In this document: positions 1 to 8,109 of the stretch, piece by piece
How the letters are laid out: each line of letters begins with the position of its first letter
Numbering within the stretch: the first letter of the stretch is position 1
Assembly (NCBI GenBank): GCA_038861545.1
Contig: JAWCCZ010000001.1
Location: 64,001-128,000, forward strand
Direction: 5' to 3'
Source: Thermofilaceae archaeon
Lineage (GTDB): Archaea > Thermoproteota > Thermoprotei > Thermofilales > Thermofilaceae
DNA length: 64,000 nucleotides
Notes under the pieces: model-generated
What the model was told of the DNA's origin: nothing
Seen by the model: the letters and a program-made list of their open reading frames with translations, nothing else
Databases searched by the model: none
Position numbers and translations under genes: made by a program

Positions 1-564
1 GACGATGTGAATGCAATCCATACGGCTTTTCCCGAATATTTAGAGCAAAAAGTCGGTGAGATGATACTACACAAAGAAAATCCATTTGCAGCTCCAAATA
101 TACATATCATGAAGGGCGACGACAGAGAAGAGGTGTTAACTGCAAGGCCGTGTATAGTAATTGCAACATCTGGCATGCTAACAGGAGGTCCCGTGATGGA
201 ATATCTGAAGTTGTTAGCCGAGGATGAAAGTAGTTCGCTGGTATTCGTCAGCTACCAGGTTGAAGGTACTCTTGGACGGAAGATCATAGAGGGAATGAGA
301 AAACTTACATTCACTGACCCCAAAGGAAGAATGGAGGTCAGGGAGCTAAAGATATCTGTACACAGGGTTGAGGGCTTTTCGGGGCACAGTGATAGGAGAC
401 AATTGCTAGCATACCTCAGGAGGGTTCAACCTCAACCTAAAAAAGTGATTCTGAACCACGGAGAGCGGGGCAAAATACGGGAGTTCGCTAGGTTTATAGC
501 TCAAAGATCTACTGGAGTTGAAGTCTATGTGCCTGAGAACCTAGAAGGAATCAGAGCTATTTAG
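1..564 (+). CDS. fttA: beta-CASP ribonuclease aCPSF1 / termination factor FttA, C-terminal part (gene begins before the window)
   Basis: Motifs ATSGMLTGGP, YQVEGTLGR, GFSGHSD and NHGE; frame is open from base 1. Confidence 0.9.
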   Translation, partial: DDVNAIHTAFPEYLEQKVGEMILHKENPFAAPNIHIMKGDDREEVLTARPCIVIATSGMLTGGPVMEYLKLLAEDESSSLVFVSYQVEGTLGRKIIEGMRKLTFTDPKGRMEVRELKISVHRVEGFSGHSDRRQLLAYLRRVQPQPKKVILNHGERGKIREFARFIAQRSTGVEVYVPENLEGIRAI

Positions 565-671
565 GTTACGCTGTGCCCTATTATTACATAATGATTTTTC
601 ACATTTTTTATAGAGTATGCTCATAAAATCGACAGAAAATTTAAATATCTCTTTACGAAGGATTAGCCGAA

Positions 672-1106
672 ATGAGCTCAATAGTTGATGAAAAAGATTT
701 AGAGATTATAAAGTTGCTTGAAGAAAATGCTCGAATGCCTTTAACTAGAATAGCGGAGAAAATCGGTATGAGTGATGTAGCGATAAGGAAAAGACTGAAA
801 AGACTTGAAGATGATGGGATCATAAGAGCCTATAGGTTAAGATTAGACCATGCGAAGCTAGGCTATAGGGCTAGAGCAATCATTGGTTTTAATGTAGAAG
901 CTGGACGGTTATTAGAAGTGGTTAGGTCATTATCTGGTAATCCCAACACGAAGTTTCTAGCGATAACATCAGGTGACCATATGGTAATAGTAGATTATTG
1001 GGCTAAGGATAACGCCGAACTAGAGAAATTTGTGAATGAGCTTAAAGAAAAGTATAATGTGAAAGATGTAATGCCTTCATTGGTTTTAGAAATAGTCAAA
1101 GAGTAG
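672..1106 (+). CDS. Lrp/AsnC family transcriptional regulator
   Basis: N-terminal HTH (LEENARMPLTRIAEKIGMS...RLKRLEDDGII) plus RAM domain. Confidence 0.92.
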   Translation: MSSIVDEKDLEIIKLLEENARMPLTRIAEKIGMSDVAIRKRLKRLEDDGIIRAYRLRLDHAKLGYRARAIIGFNVEAGRLLEVVRSLSGNPNTKFLAITSGDHMVIVDYWAKDNAELEKFVNELKEKYNVKDVMPSLVLEIVKE

Positions 1107-1224
1107 ACAAATCACCGTTAAATGAGTCTAAAAATAACATGGATAGACGTAGTCTATTCTTTACAACTAAATTATGATAAAAAGTTTAAAGTTTATTAAG
1201 CTATATTGGTCATAAAGTTTTGCT

Positions 1225-1716
1225 ATGTCGGACGAGCTTGATAAAGCTCTATTGAAAGAGCTTATGGTTAATGCCCGTGTACCGCTTACAGAAGTTGCCA
1301 AGAAATTAAATGTAGCTAGGACAACACTATCTGAGAGACTTGAGAAACTGGAAGAAAGTGGAGTAATCAAAGGTTATAGACTGGATCTCGATCCTCGAAA
1401 GCTTGGCTATAAATACACGGCTTTTGTGCTTGTGAAAGCTAAAAGAGGTGAATTAAAGGGTGTAAAACCCAGCCAGGAAGTCTTAGCTGAAAAAATAGTA
1501 GAAGATTGTCGTTCGAAGAAAGGCCTACCTTGGATAGAAGAAGTACATATTATAACGGGGGAATACGATCTCCTTCTTAAACTATGGGCACGCGAATGGG
1601 ATGAGCTGACCAATTTCCTTATTCGTTACATGCCCTCTCACGCGGATGTTACTCAAACACATACCATGCTTGTTTTAAAGACAACATATGATGACCCTAG
1701 ACCCTATAACTTATAA
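1225..1716 (+). CDS. Lrp/AsnC family transcriptional regulator
   Basis: HTH (DELDKALL...NARVPLTEVAKKL...LEESGVIKGY) and ITGEYDLLLK RAM motif. Confidence 0.92.
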   Translation: MSDELDKALLKELMVNARVPLTEVAKKLNVARTTLSERLEKLEESGVIKGYRLDLDPRKLGYKYTAFVLVKAKRGELKGVKPSQEVLAEKIVEDCRSKKGLPWIEEVHIITGEYDLLLKLWAREWDELTNFLIRYMPSHADVTQTHTMLVLKTTYDDPRPYNL

Positions 1717-1790
1717 CAATCCAAGTATCACTAGAGAGTAAACCTTATTCCTAATTAGCAGAGGCAATTACAAAATAGTTATGGATGTAG

Positions 1791-1864
1791 TGGGGCCGCC
1801 GGGATTTGAACCCGGGACCACGTGGGCCCGAGCCACGCATCCTACCAAGCTGGACTACGGCCCC
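1791..1864 (-). tRNA. tRNA-Pro(CGG), intronless, CCA not encoded
   Basis: Reverse complement folds as a cloverleaf: GGGGCCG acceptor, CGTGG-CTCGGGC-CCACG anticodon arm, CCGGG-TTCAAAT-CCCGG T arm. Confidence 0.97.
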
Positions 1865-2262
1865 TTCAAACTTTTCGGTTTATTTTTAAATCCGCCGGTT
1901 TATACACGGTTTTACCTGGGTGTTCCAAAGGGAGGTATTTTAGAGCTTTTAGGCTTTACCGCCCTCGATTAAAGTATAAGTTTCAGAGCTTTATCATGAA
2001 TCTTGTTTTGGTCACGTTTTTCTCTTTAAGGTTAGCTACAGGGGCCCAGCCGTTTTCAAGCCGTTCCTCTACTTCGGAGTATGATCGTATTTTGTAATTG
2101 TCTCATATGATGTCATATATTTCACAGCTATAGTAAACGGTACACGTTCTCTCAATCAATAGAACATACGCGTATTTACATGTATACTCAACTATAATCC
2201 TTCCTTTTCAGCGAACGCGATAAAGATAAAGGGCATCATTAGGTAACTTATATAGAGTATAC

Positions 2263-3048
2263 TTGGTCTGCAATGTTGAGGACTTAGAAGCCAAGGTAAA
2301 GAGAATAAAGGAGGAGAGAAAAGTTAAGGATAGTAGACTTTTCGAGATAGTTGAAGAAGTATTTGACCTTAGAACGCTTATGGCACTATACGAGCTTCTG
2401 AACAAGGGAATTATCAGCAGAATGTACGGGGTAATTGCAGCAGGGAAGGAGGCAAGGATCTATTGGGCGCAAACTCCAAGGGGAGAAGATGTAGCGGTAA
2501 AGATATTCCTGGTTCAATCAGCAGAATTTAGAAAAAATAGACTAATATACATTCAAGGAGATCCGCGTTTTAAAAAAGTTAAGAAAGGACTTAGAAACAT
2601 TATAGATTTATGGTGTACCAAGGAGTTCATTAACTTGAATAGGGCTTATAACTCAGGGGTCAGAGTACCTCGCCCGTATGCGAGGAATTACAATGTTCTA
2701 GTAATGGAGTTTATAGGAAACCCTGAACATAGGGGGAAGCCGGCTCCACTCCTTAAGGAGGTCAATCTGGAGAATCCTGAGGAAACTTTTAACACTATTA
2801 AAGGGTTTATTGAAAGGCTATATTTAGATGCAAAGCTGGTGCACGGTGATTTTTCAGAGTACAATGTTATGGTTAAGGGAAATGAACTTATATTAATCGA
2901 TTTTGGATCAGCTGTTGATATTCGTCATCCTCTGGCAACGAAGTTTTTAAGCAGAGACATTAATAATATCTACACGTTTTTCCGAAAGCTTGGTGTTAAG
3001 ACAGGATCTCCTGAGGAATTCTATTTTAAGTTAACTTCGATGGTTTAG
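2263..3048 (+). CDS. rio1: RIO1 family Ser/Thr kinase
   Basis: GKEA P-loop, AVKI, YIQGDPRF, LVHGDFSEYN, IDFG; adjacent to aIF-1A. Confidence 0.93.
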   Translation: MVCNVEDLEAKVKRIKEERKVKDSRLFEIVEEVFDLRTLMALYELLNKGIISRMYGVIAAGKEARIYWAQTPRGEDVAVKIFLVQSAEFRKNRLIYIQGDPRFKKVKKGLRNIIDLWCTKEFINLNRAYNSGVRVPRPYARNYNVLVMEFIGNPEHRGKPAPLLKEVNLENPEETFNTIKGFIERLYLDAKLVHGDFSEYNVMVKGNELILIDFGSAVDIRHPLATKFLSRDINNIYTFFRKLGVKTGSPEEFYFKLTSMV

Positions 3049-3058
3049 ATCATGCCGA

Positions 3059-3388
3059 TTACTCAGAACCGAGAATTTTCCTTAGGTTCCCGAGAAGTCC
3101 CATTTTTTCAAGCTTGCTTAGTTCTCCGCTGTCATACCTGTGTATAATGTCTCCTTTTTCATTATGCTGGAATTCCCAAGGAGCTACTAGGACTACATCT
3201 CCAACCCTCATCCAGACTCGTTTCTTCATTCTCCCAGGTATCCTGCATAACCTAACATTACCATCTTCACAGAGAACCTTAGCCCTATCATAGCCTAGAA
3301 ACTGTTGTATTACGCCAAGTATGGTTTCTCTGTTATCAGGTAACGGGGTTTCCTCCCTACTCTCATCAGGGGTTTTTCTTTTAGGCAC
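3059..3388 (-). CDS. eif1a: translation initiation factor aIF-1A
   Basis: LCRIPGRMKKRVWMRVGDVVLVAPW signature. Confidence 0.95.
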   Translation of the reverse strand: MPKRKTPDESREETPLPDNRETILGVIQQFLGYDRAKVLCEDGNVRLCRIPGRMKKRVWMRVGDVVLVAPWEFQHNEKGDIIHRYDSGELSKLEKMGLLGNLRKILGSE

Positions 3389-3446
3389 AAATCGAGCAAA
3401 AATCCCATGAATAAGTATCTTCCGCTCCCAGTAAAACTCCTGAATG

Positions 3447-4508
3447 CTAAAGTAAGGGTACTAGCAGGAAATAGTCGTCAATACGGAATAAAACAGCATG
3501 TGAACCTTCTTTAATCCACGGGCTTTTCTTAACGGTGGGTATCGAATAAACCCTGTTATTAGCTAAACTTATTGTTTGCACCTCTTTTTCCCCTATCAAA
3601 AATACGAGTACGATCTCACCTTCCTCTTTCCTACAAATTACTCGGCTTTCCTCTATAAGGGACTTGGAAACCCTAAGGTTTTCTTCCTCCATTTTCTCTA
3701 AAGATATAGTTTTTACTAGCTTATTACTTAATCCAAGCACGTAATAGTCTTTACCGTGGTAATTCACAACATCTCCGATCCTGAACTCCGGAAGCATCAC
3801 CCTGTACGTTACTTTAGCTCTAAGCTTACCACTTGGATCTATACCGGCATTTTTTCTTGTTTCAAGTATAGTTACTGGAAACTCGCGCTCAATGCTTTTA
3901 AGCACAATTTTAGCCGTTGACAAGGAGGAGAAGAGAAAATCAATTGTTCCCTTCGACTCTATAATGTCAAACAAGTCAATACATCCACGCTGAGTGGAGT
4001 TGAGAGCTTTATCAACAACGCTCTTCAGCCTTCTAACCTCATCCGAAGCCAATAATCTCCCTTTAGCACGTATTTGAATTCGTGCTACCTCTTTTTTTGA
4101 TTTAGCATTGATACAAGCATCACACAAGCTCCAGTGGATTCTATATGTAAACTCGTATTTTTCATCGTAGCATTTCATTCCCTGTTCGGCAGAACCTGAG
4201 GCTACAACTAAGGCCATATTCTCTGTGATACACTCAATACGTAATTCCTTTATTAGACCTCTACTTTCAATACAATTGTAAAGGGCTGCTCTCAATGCTT
4301 GGGCAATTGGATTATCCTCTTTTGATAGGATCCATTTTCCTTTAGCCTTGTATGCTCCACAAAGCTTGCAGATAGTTACTTCAACCGGCTCAGGTATCTT
4401 AAGGAGAGGATTAGCTCGCTTATAGCATTCTTCGCATAATCCGTTAAAAAAAGCATCCGCTGGTTTTCCGCAGATAGGGCAGATTCTTGAACCCATTTTT
4501 TTGTCCAT
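3447..4508 (-). CDS. nmd3: NMD3 family ribosome-biogenesis protein
   Basis: Four CxxC pairs, ARIQIR motif; usual aIF1A-NMD3-DUF424 order. Confidence 0.85.
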   Translation of the reverse strand: MDKKMGSRICPICGKPADAFFNGLCEECYKRANPLLKIPEPVEVTICKLCGAYKAKGKWILSKEDNPIAQALRAALYNCIESRGLIKELRIECITENMALVVASGSAEQGMKCYDEKYEFTYRIHWSLCDACINAKSKKEVARIQIRAKGRLLASDEVRRLKSVVDKALNSTQRGCIDLFDIIESKGTIDFLFSSLSTAKIVLKSIEREFPVTILETRKNAGIDPSGKLRAKVTYRVMLPEFRIGDVVNYHGKDYYVLGLSNKLVKTISLEKMEEENLRVSKSLIEESRVICRKEEGEIVLVFLIGEKEVQTISLANNRVYSIPTVKKSPWIKEGSHAVLFRIDDYFLLVPLL

Positions 4509-4527
4509 GATAGACCTCGAAATTTCT

Positions 4528-4830
4528 TTACTTCAAAATCAGTTGAACATGAAGCTTTCCTTCCAGTTCAACCGCCGCCTCTGTTACTACACTTATTCTT
4601 TCAGCTATCGCTTTTACTACATGGTTACCAATAGCGTTCACTATAGTCGCCTCTTTTAAGTAATCCCAGAGTGTAGAAATAGGTATCCTTTCTCCGCCGT
4701 AAAATTCTTTATCAATCTTTACTTCAAAACCATTAGCGCACAGCGATGAACCTAAGAGTTCTTCATCACAGACAGCTACAACTACATCTTTACCGAACTT
4801 ATGAACCTTTACGTAGCACCAAGCCTCCAT
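4528..4830 (-). CDS. DUF424 family protein
   Basis: VVAVCDEELLG, EFYGG and ATIVNAIGN motifs. Confidence 0.85.
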   Translation of the reverse strand: MEAWCYVKVHKFGKDVVVAVCDEELLGSSLCANGFEVKIDKEFYGGERIPISTLWDYLKEATIVNAIGNHVVKAIAERISVVTEAAVELEGKLHVQLILK

Positions 4831-4907
4831 TACATAACCTACACTAACTAACTGTTATATCAACCTTACAGTATAGTGTGACTTAAATAACCCATTAAAA
4901 TTTATTC

Positions 4908-4974
4908 CATGCCCCAATGATGATGGCTGGTATAGCTCGACCGAGGATGAGCGACACCAGATTTGAGGGGCATG
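4908..4974 (+). ncRNA. C/D-box methylation guide sRNA, probable double guide to the 16S rRNA ~510-540 region
   Basis: Box C ATGATGA 4917-4923; D' TCGA/CCGA ~4937-4944; C' AGGATGA 4944-4950; D TTGA 4963-4966; 8-bp terminal stem CATGCCCC/GGGGCATG; TTAAATAA ~25 nt upstream. Confidence 0.85.
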
Positions 4975-4999
4975 AATATTCCTAACGGATATTTTGCTC

Positions 5000-5719
5000 C
5001 TATCCTAGTCTTTTTGAAGCGTATACGACTATGCCTTTTCCGGGTATAACATCGAATTGATAAACAGCTGGTTCAGCAGGTCTCCATCGCATTTTTCTAA
5101 CCCATATTGTTCGAACGTTTCGTCCTCCGACGTTTCTGAGACCCAAAACAAATACTCCTGTAGCTAAGAATTCCTCTACGCCGAAACGGCTTAGCTGAGC
5201 AGTACCTGTAGGAATTTCTGATGTGACAAGTGTTGTTGTCTTAAGGTCACGCTCTATAGATACCACTAGGTTTCTAACATACTCTCGCATCTTTACTACA
5301 CTCTCTCCCTCAACAACGAGTGGTGCAATGGGGTCTATAACTAGCCGAGTTGCATGCGTTCGTTTAACTTCATCCCTGAGACTTCCTACTATGGATTCGA
5401 CTATAGTGTCTATCGACTTGCTTCTAACTCTCTCTATAAAATCTGGGAGTATGGTCATTACGCTTAACCTGCCTTGTTCCATGAGAGGGTTTAGATCCCA
5501 ACCGAATGCTAAAGCTCCATCAACAAAACTTTCATATTCTTCATCTACTAGCAGATAAATACCATTTTCTCCTCGACTTGCTCCGTGCAGAATATAGTTT
5601 AAAGCGAACAAAGTCTTGCAAGTGCCTGTCTCTCCCGCTATTAGGTATGTTCGACCTTTAATGAACCCACCGCCGATGAGTGGGTCTAATCCTTCAATAC
5701 CTGTTTCCACCAAATCCAT
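5000..5719 (-). CDS. KaiC/RadC-like RecA-superfamily ATPase (single domain)
   Basis: TGIEGLD, Walker A GETGTCKT, RLVIDP, EEFLATG, VRKMR. Confidence 0.88.
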   Translation of the reverse strand: MDLVETGIEGLDPLIGGGFIKGRTYLIAGETGTCKTLFALNYILHGASRGENGIYLLVDEEYESFVDGALAFGWDLNPLMEQGRLSVMTILPDFIERVRSKSIDTIVESIVGSLRDEVKRTHATRLVIDPIAPLVVEGESVVKMREYVRNLVVSIERDLKTTTLVTSEIPTGTAQLSRFGVEEFLATGVFVLGLRNVGGRNVRTIWVRKMRWRPAEPAVYQFDVIPGKGIVVYASKRLG

Positions 5720-6452
5720 GGTTAATTCCTCCTCTTTGTTTTAAGGGATTCCTTTGGCCTTTTGTATTTAAAATATTTTTTGAATAATAATTTTCGTCAA
5801 CTTTAAGCACATTCATAAGTATTTCCCTAACAAATTCATCTGAGGGTACGACGCGCGTAGCGTTAAATTTCATGCTCAACGCGTGTTTTAAGGTTTCTTT
5901 CTCTAACCGGTTTCTAACATCTCCGTTAGCGATTGCTTGAGCAACCCTGAAAGCGATATAGAATCTCTTGAAACCATTTATTTTGTGATCAAGGTTTGGT
6001 AATAACTCTTCCAATCTATTTAACAGCCTAGCAAGGTAATCTTCATTCTTAAATCCGAGAATAGTGGTTGTAGCTGCAAGCCTAGCGATTCTGAATACGA
6101 CGTTTTCATCGGTACTTCCAAGCTCCTTCTCGATGGCCTCAATTCCCTCTCCTCTGCTTAACCTTTCAGCCGCTCTTTCAGCCTTTACTTCTAAGCTAAG
6201 TATATGTCCATACAAATCGGGGTACTCATCGGGACTTAACCCTAACCCGTACTTGGCTATTACGTAGACGGTACACATTTCTTTATCAAAAATATCCACT
6301 TTAGTCCAACCTCTAATTGGCTCGATACCGGAGGAATCGTAAAGTTCTTCGAGCCTTTTAACCGCGCTCTTTCGATCTTCTATGGAGCCCTTAACTATTT
6401 CAGAAATAAGAGTCAAGCTAGCCTCTATTCTCCCCCCATGCAGATACTTCAC
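5694..6452 (-). CDS. DUF2192-like conserved archaeal protein
   Basis: IEPIRG and FDKEMCTVYVIAKYGLGL motifs; directly downstream of rpl10e. Confidence 0.7.
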   Translation of the reverse strand: MKYLHGGRIEASLTLISEIVKGSIEDRKSAVKRLEELYDSSGIEPIRGWTKVDIFDKEMCTVYVIAKYGLGLSPDEYPDLYGHILSLEVKAERAAERLSRGEGIEAIEKELGSTDENVVFRIARLAATTTILGFKNEDYLARLLNRLEELLPNLDHKINGFKRFYIAFRVAQAIANGDVRNRLEKETLKHALSMKFNATRVVPSDEFVREILMNVLKVDENYYSKNILNTKGQRNPLKQRGGINHGFGGNRY

Positions 6453-6964
6453 GTAGATATCCCCTTGTTCTCTACAATGATTCTACACCGAAGCGGAATT
6501 TTTGATGAAGCTCTGCGGAGGGCTTCCTTAGCATACTCTAGGTTGTTCTCATTGACTTGGATCTGCATTAATATTTGATTATTTTCAACTCTTGCTGCTC
6601 TTCCTACAGGAGTTCCGAAAGATAGTCTCATACCGTCTTGAAGTCGGTCAGCGCCGGCCATAGCCATCATTTTATTTTCCCTTAAAATATGGTGGGGAAA
6701 TATGCAAATCTTGAGGTAGTAATTCTGTTCACCGAGTTTCGTAGACAGGTATTTGTTGGCGATTTGCCTAGCAGCTTCTATGGCATTTTGCCTCACTTGT
6801 CCTGAACGTAGGGCAATGAGCTTAACCGTGTGAGAAAAATTACCTTTAGGATTACCTAAGTCAAACTTGGGTATAGTTACTGGAGGTATGCTTTTAATAT
6901 ACTCTAACCTAGTGTAAGGCGGCGTGCCGAACCTCCTATAGCAGCGGCCTGGTCTAAGTGGCAT
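6449..6964 (-). CDS. rpl10e: 50S ribosomal protein L10e (uL16)
   Basis: MPLRPGRCYR and RENKMMAMAGADRLQDGMRLSFG. Confidence 0.97.
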   Translation of the reverse strand: MPLRPGRCYRRFGTPPYTRLEYIKSIPPVTIPKFDLGNPKGNFSHTVKLIALRSGQVRQNAIEAARQIANKYLSTKLGEQNYYLKICIFPHHILRENKMMAMAGADRLQDGMRLSFGTPVGRAARVENNQILMQIQVNENNLEYAKEALRRASSKIPLRCRIIVENKGIST

Positions 6965-6995
6965 ATTTACACCCAGCTTGTCATTTTTTCTCTAT

Positions 6996-7733
6996 TTATA
7001 TTCGTTGCTCTCCATCTTTCTCGGTTATGTCTCGAATTTTATCATAAGCTTTTCTGATGACTCCTAGGAGCATTCGAACATCAGAGTCTGTGAACGGTGA
7101 TCCTCCTATGAGTCTTCTAATCATTAAACAGGCTCTTTCAGCCCGCTCCTTGCTGCCACCTAGAGTCAATATTAAGTTTCTCCAGTAATGGAGGAGGAGT
7201 TCAACTTCTTCTCGTTTAGGCAGTCTTTGCAGAGAGAGGGTTAGACCAGCCTGTTTGTAAATTTCATAGAATATTATAGCCGATGCATGTGAGACGTTCA
7301 GTATTGGGTACCCCGGGTTCGTCGGTATAAATACCACTATGTCGCAGAGGGATAGTTCACTGTTTGTAAGCCCGATATCCTCTCTTCCCAGAACTATTAG
7401 TACATTTCCAGTTTGTTGAATAACCCTTTTAGCAAATTCAGCAGGTGTTATCCATCGCCTTACATTGCTTAATTCTCTAGCAACAACCCCAGTTGTACCT
7501 GCAATTAAATCATAATTTTCTTTGAGGTTTTCTAAGTTTGAAACCACATGCGCTTTAGACAGCACATCTTGAGCATGAGCAGCGAAGCGGAAGGCTTCAC
7601 TCCCAATTATACATCGGGGTTTTACAAGCACTAGCTTGCTTAAACCGAAGTTTTTCATACATCTGGCAACGTAACCTACATTTATTTCGTAAAGAGGTTC
7701 AACAAAAGCTACTGTTATATCCTCAGGCCTCAT
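6996..7733 (-). CDS. trmJ: SPOUT tRNA C32/U32 2'-O-methyltransferase, TrmJ family
   Basis: EPLYEINVGYVARCMKNFG, GREDIGLTNSEL, YPILNVSHA. Confidence 0.88.
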   Translation of the reverse strand: MRPEDITVAFVEPLYEINVGYVARCMKNFGLSKLVLVKPRCIIGSEAFRFAAHAQDVLSKAHVVSNLENLKENYDLIAGTTGVVARELSNVRRWITPAEFAKRVIQQTGNVLIVLGREDIGLTNSELSLCDIVVFIPTNPGYPILNVSHASAIIFYEIYKQAGLTLSLQRLPKREEVELLLHYWRNLILTLGGSKERAERACLMIRRLIGGSPFTDSDVRMLLGVIRKAYDKIRDITEKDGEQRI

Positions 7734-7807
7734 ATTCTCACTTGCCTGAAATAGACAGCCAAATTAATAGTGACTCTCCAGTTAGATTGCAATAAAAATT
7801 GGTAACA

Positions 7808-7867
7808 AATATCAGTCGAGACAGGTTCGCTCATCTCTCGCTCCGTCTCTTCTACCTCATCTGTTTT
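7808..7867 (-). ncRNA. C/D-box guide sRNA candidate, D guide complementary to the 23S peptidyl-transferase region
   Basis: Minus strand: C-like CAGATGA 7863-7857, D' CGGA 7845-7842, C' GAGATGA 7837-7831, guide GCGAACCTGTCTCGA, D CTGA 7815-7812; TTTTAAAT ~25 nt upstream. Confidence 0.65.
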
Positions 7868-8109
7868 TCATAGATCTATCATAATTTAAAATTTTTACTG
7901 TTAAAAGAAATGCAACTATCCGCAGTGAGGCAGAGTGCGGAGTACTGTAATTTTTAACATATACTTATACGCTATTTGTATGAATAAGTGAATAAACTTG
8001 TGTGGTAATTTGTTTCAATTCTCAAATATAAAAGTCAGGTTAGTTTGACTACTATTGCTACCCGTAGACTTTTTAAGTCCGTAGCTGGGTGAAGGCAGGA
8101 GTATGTATT

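Noticed and set aside
1781-2097. ORFs 1781-1972 and 1822-2097
   Set aside because: Antisense shadows of tRNA-Pro and its promoter; no protein features
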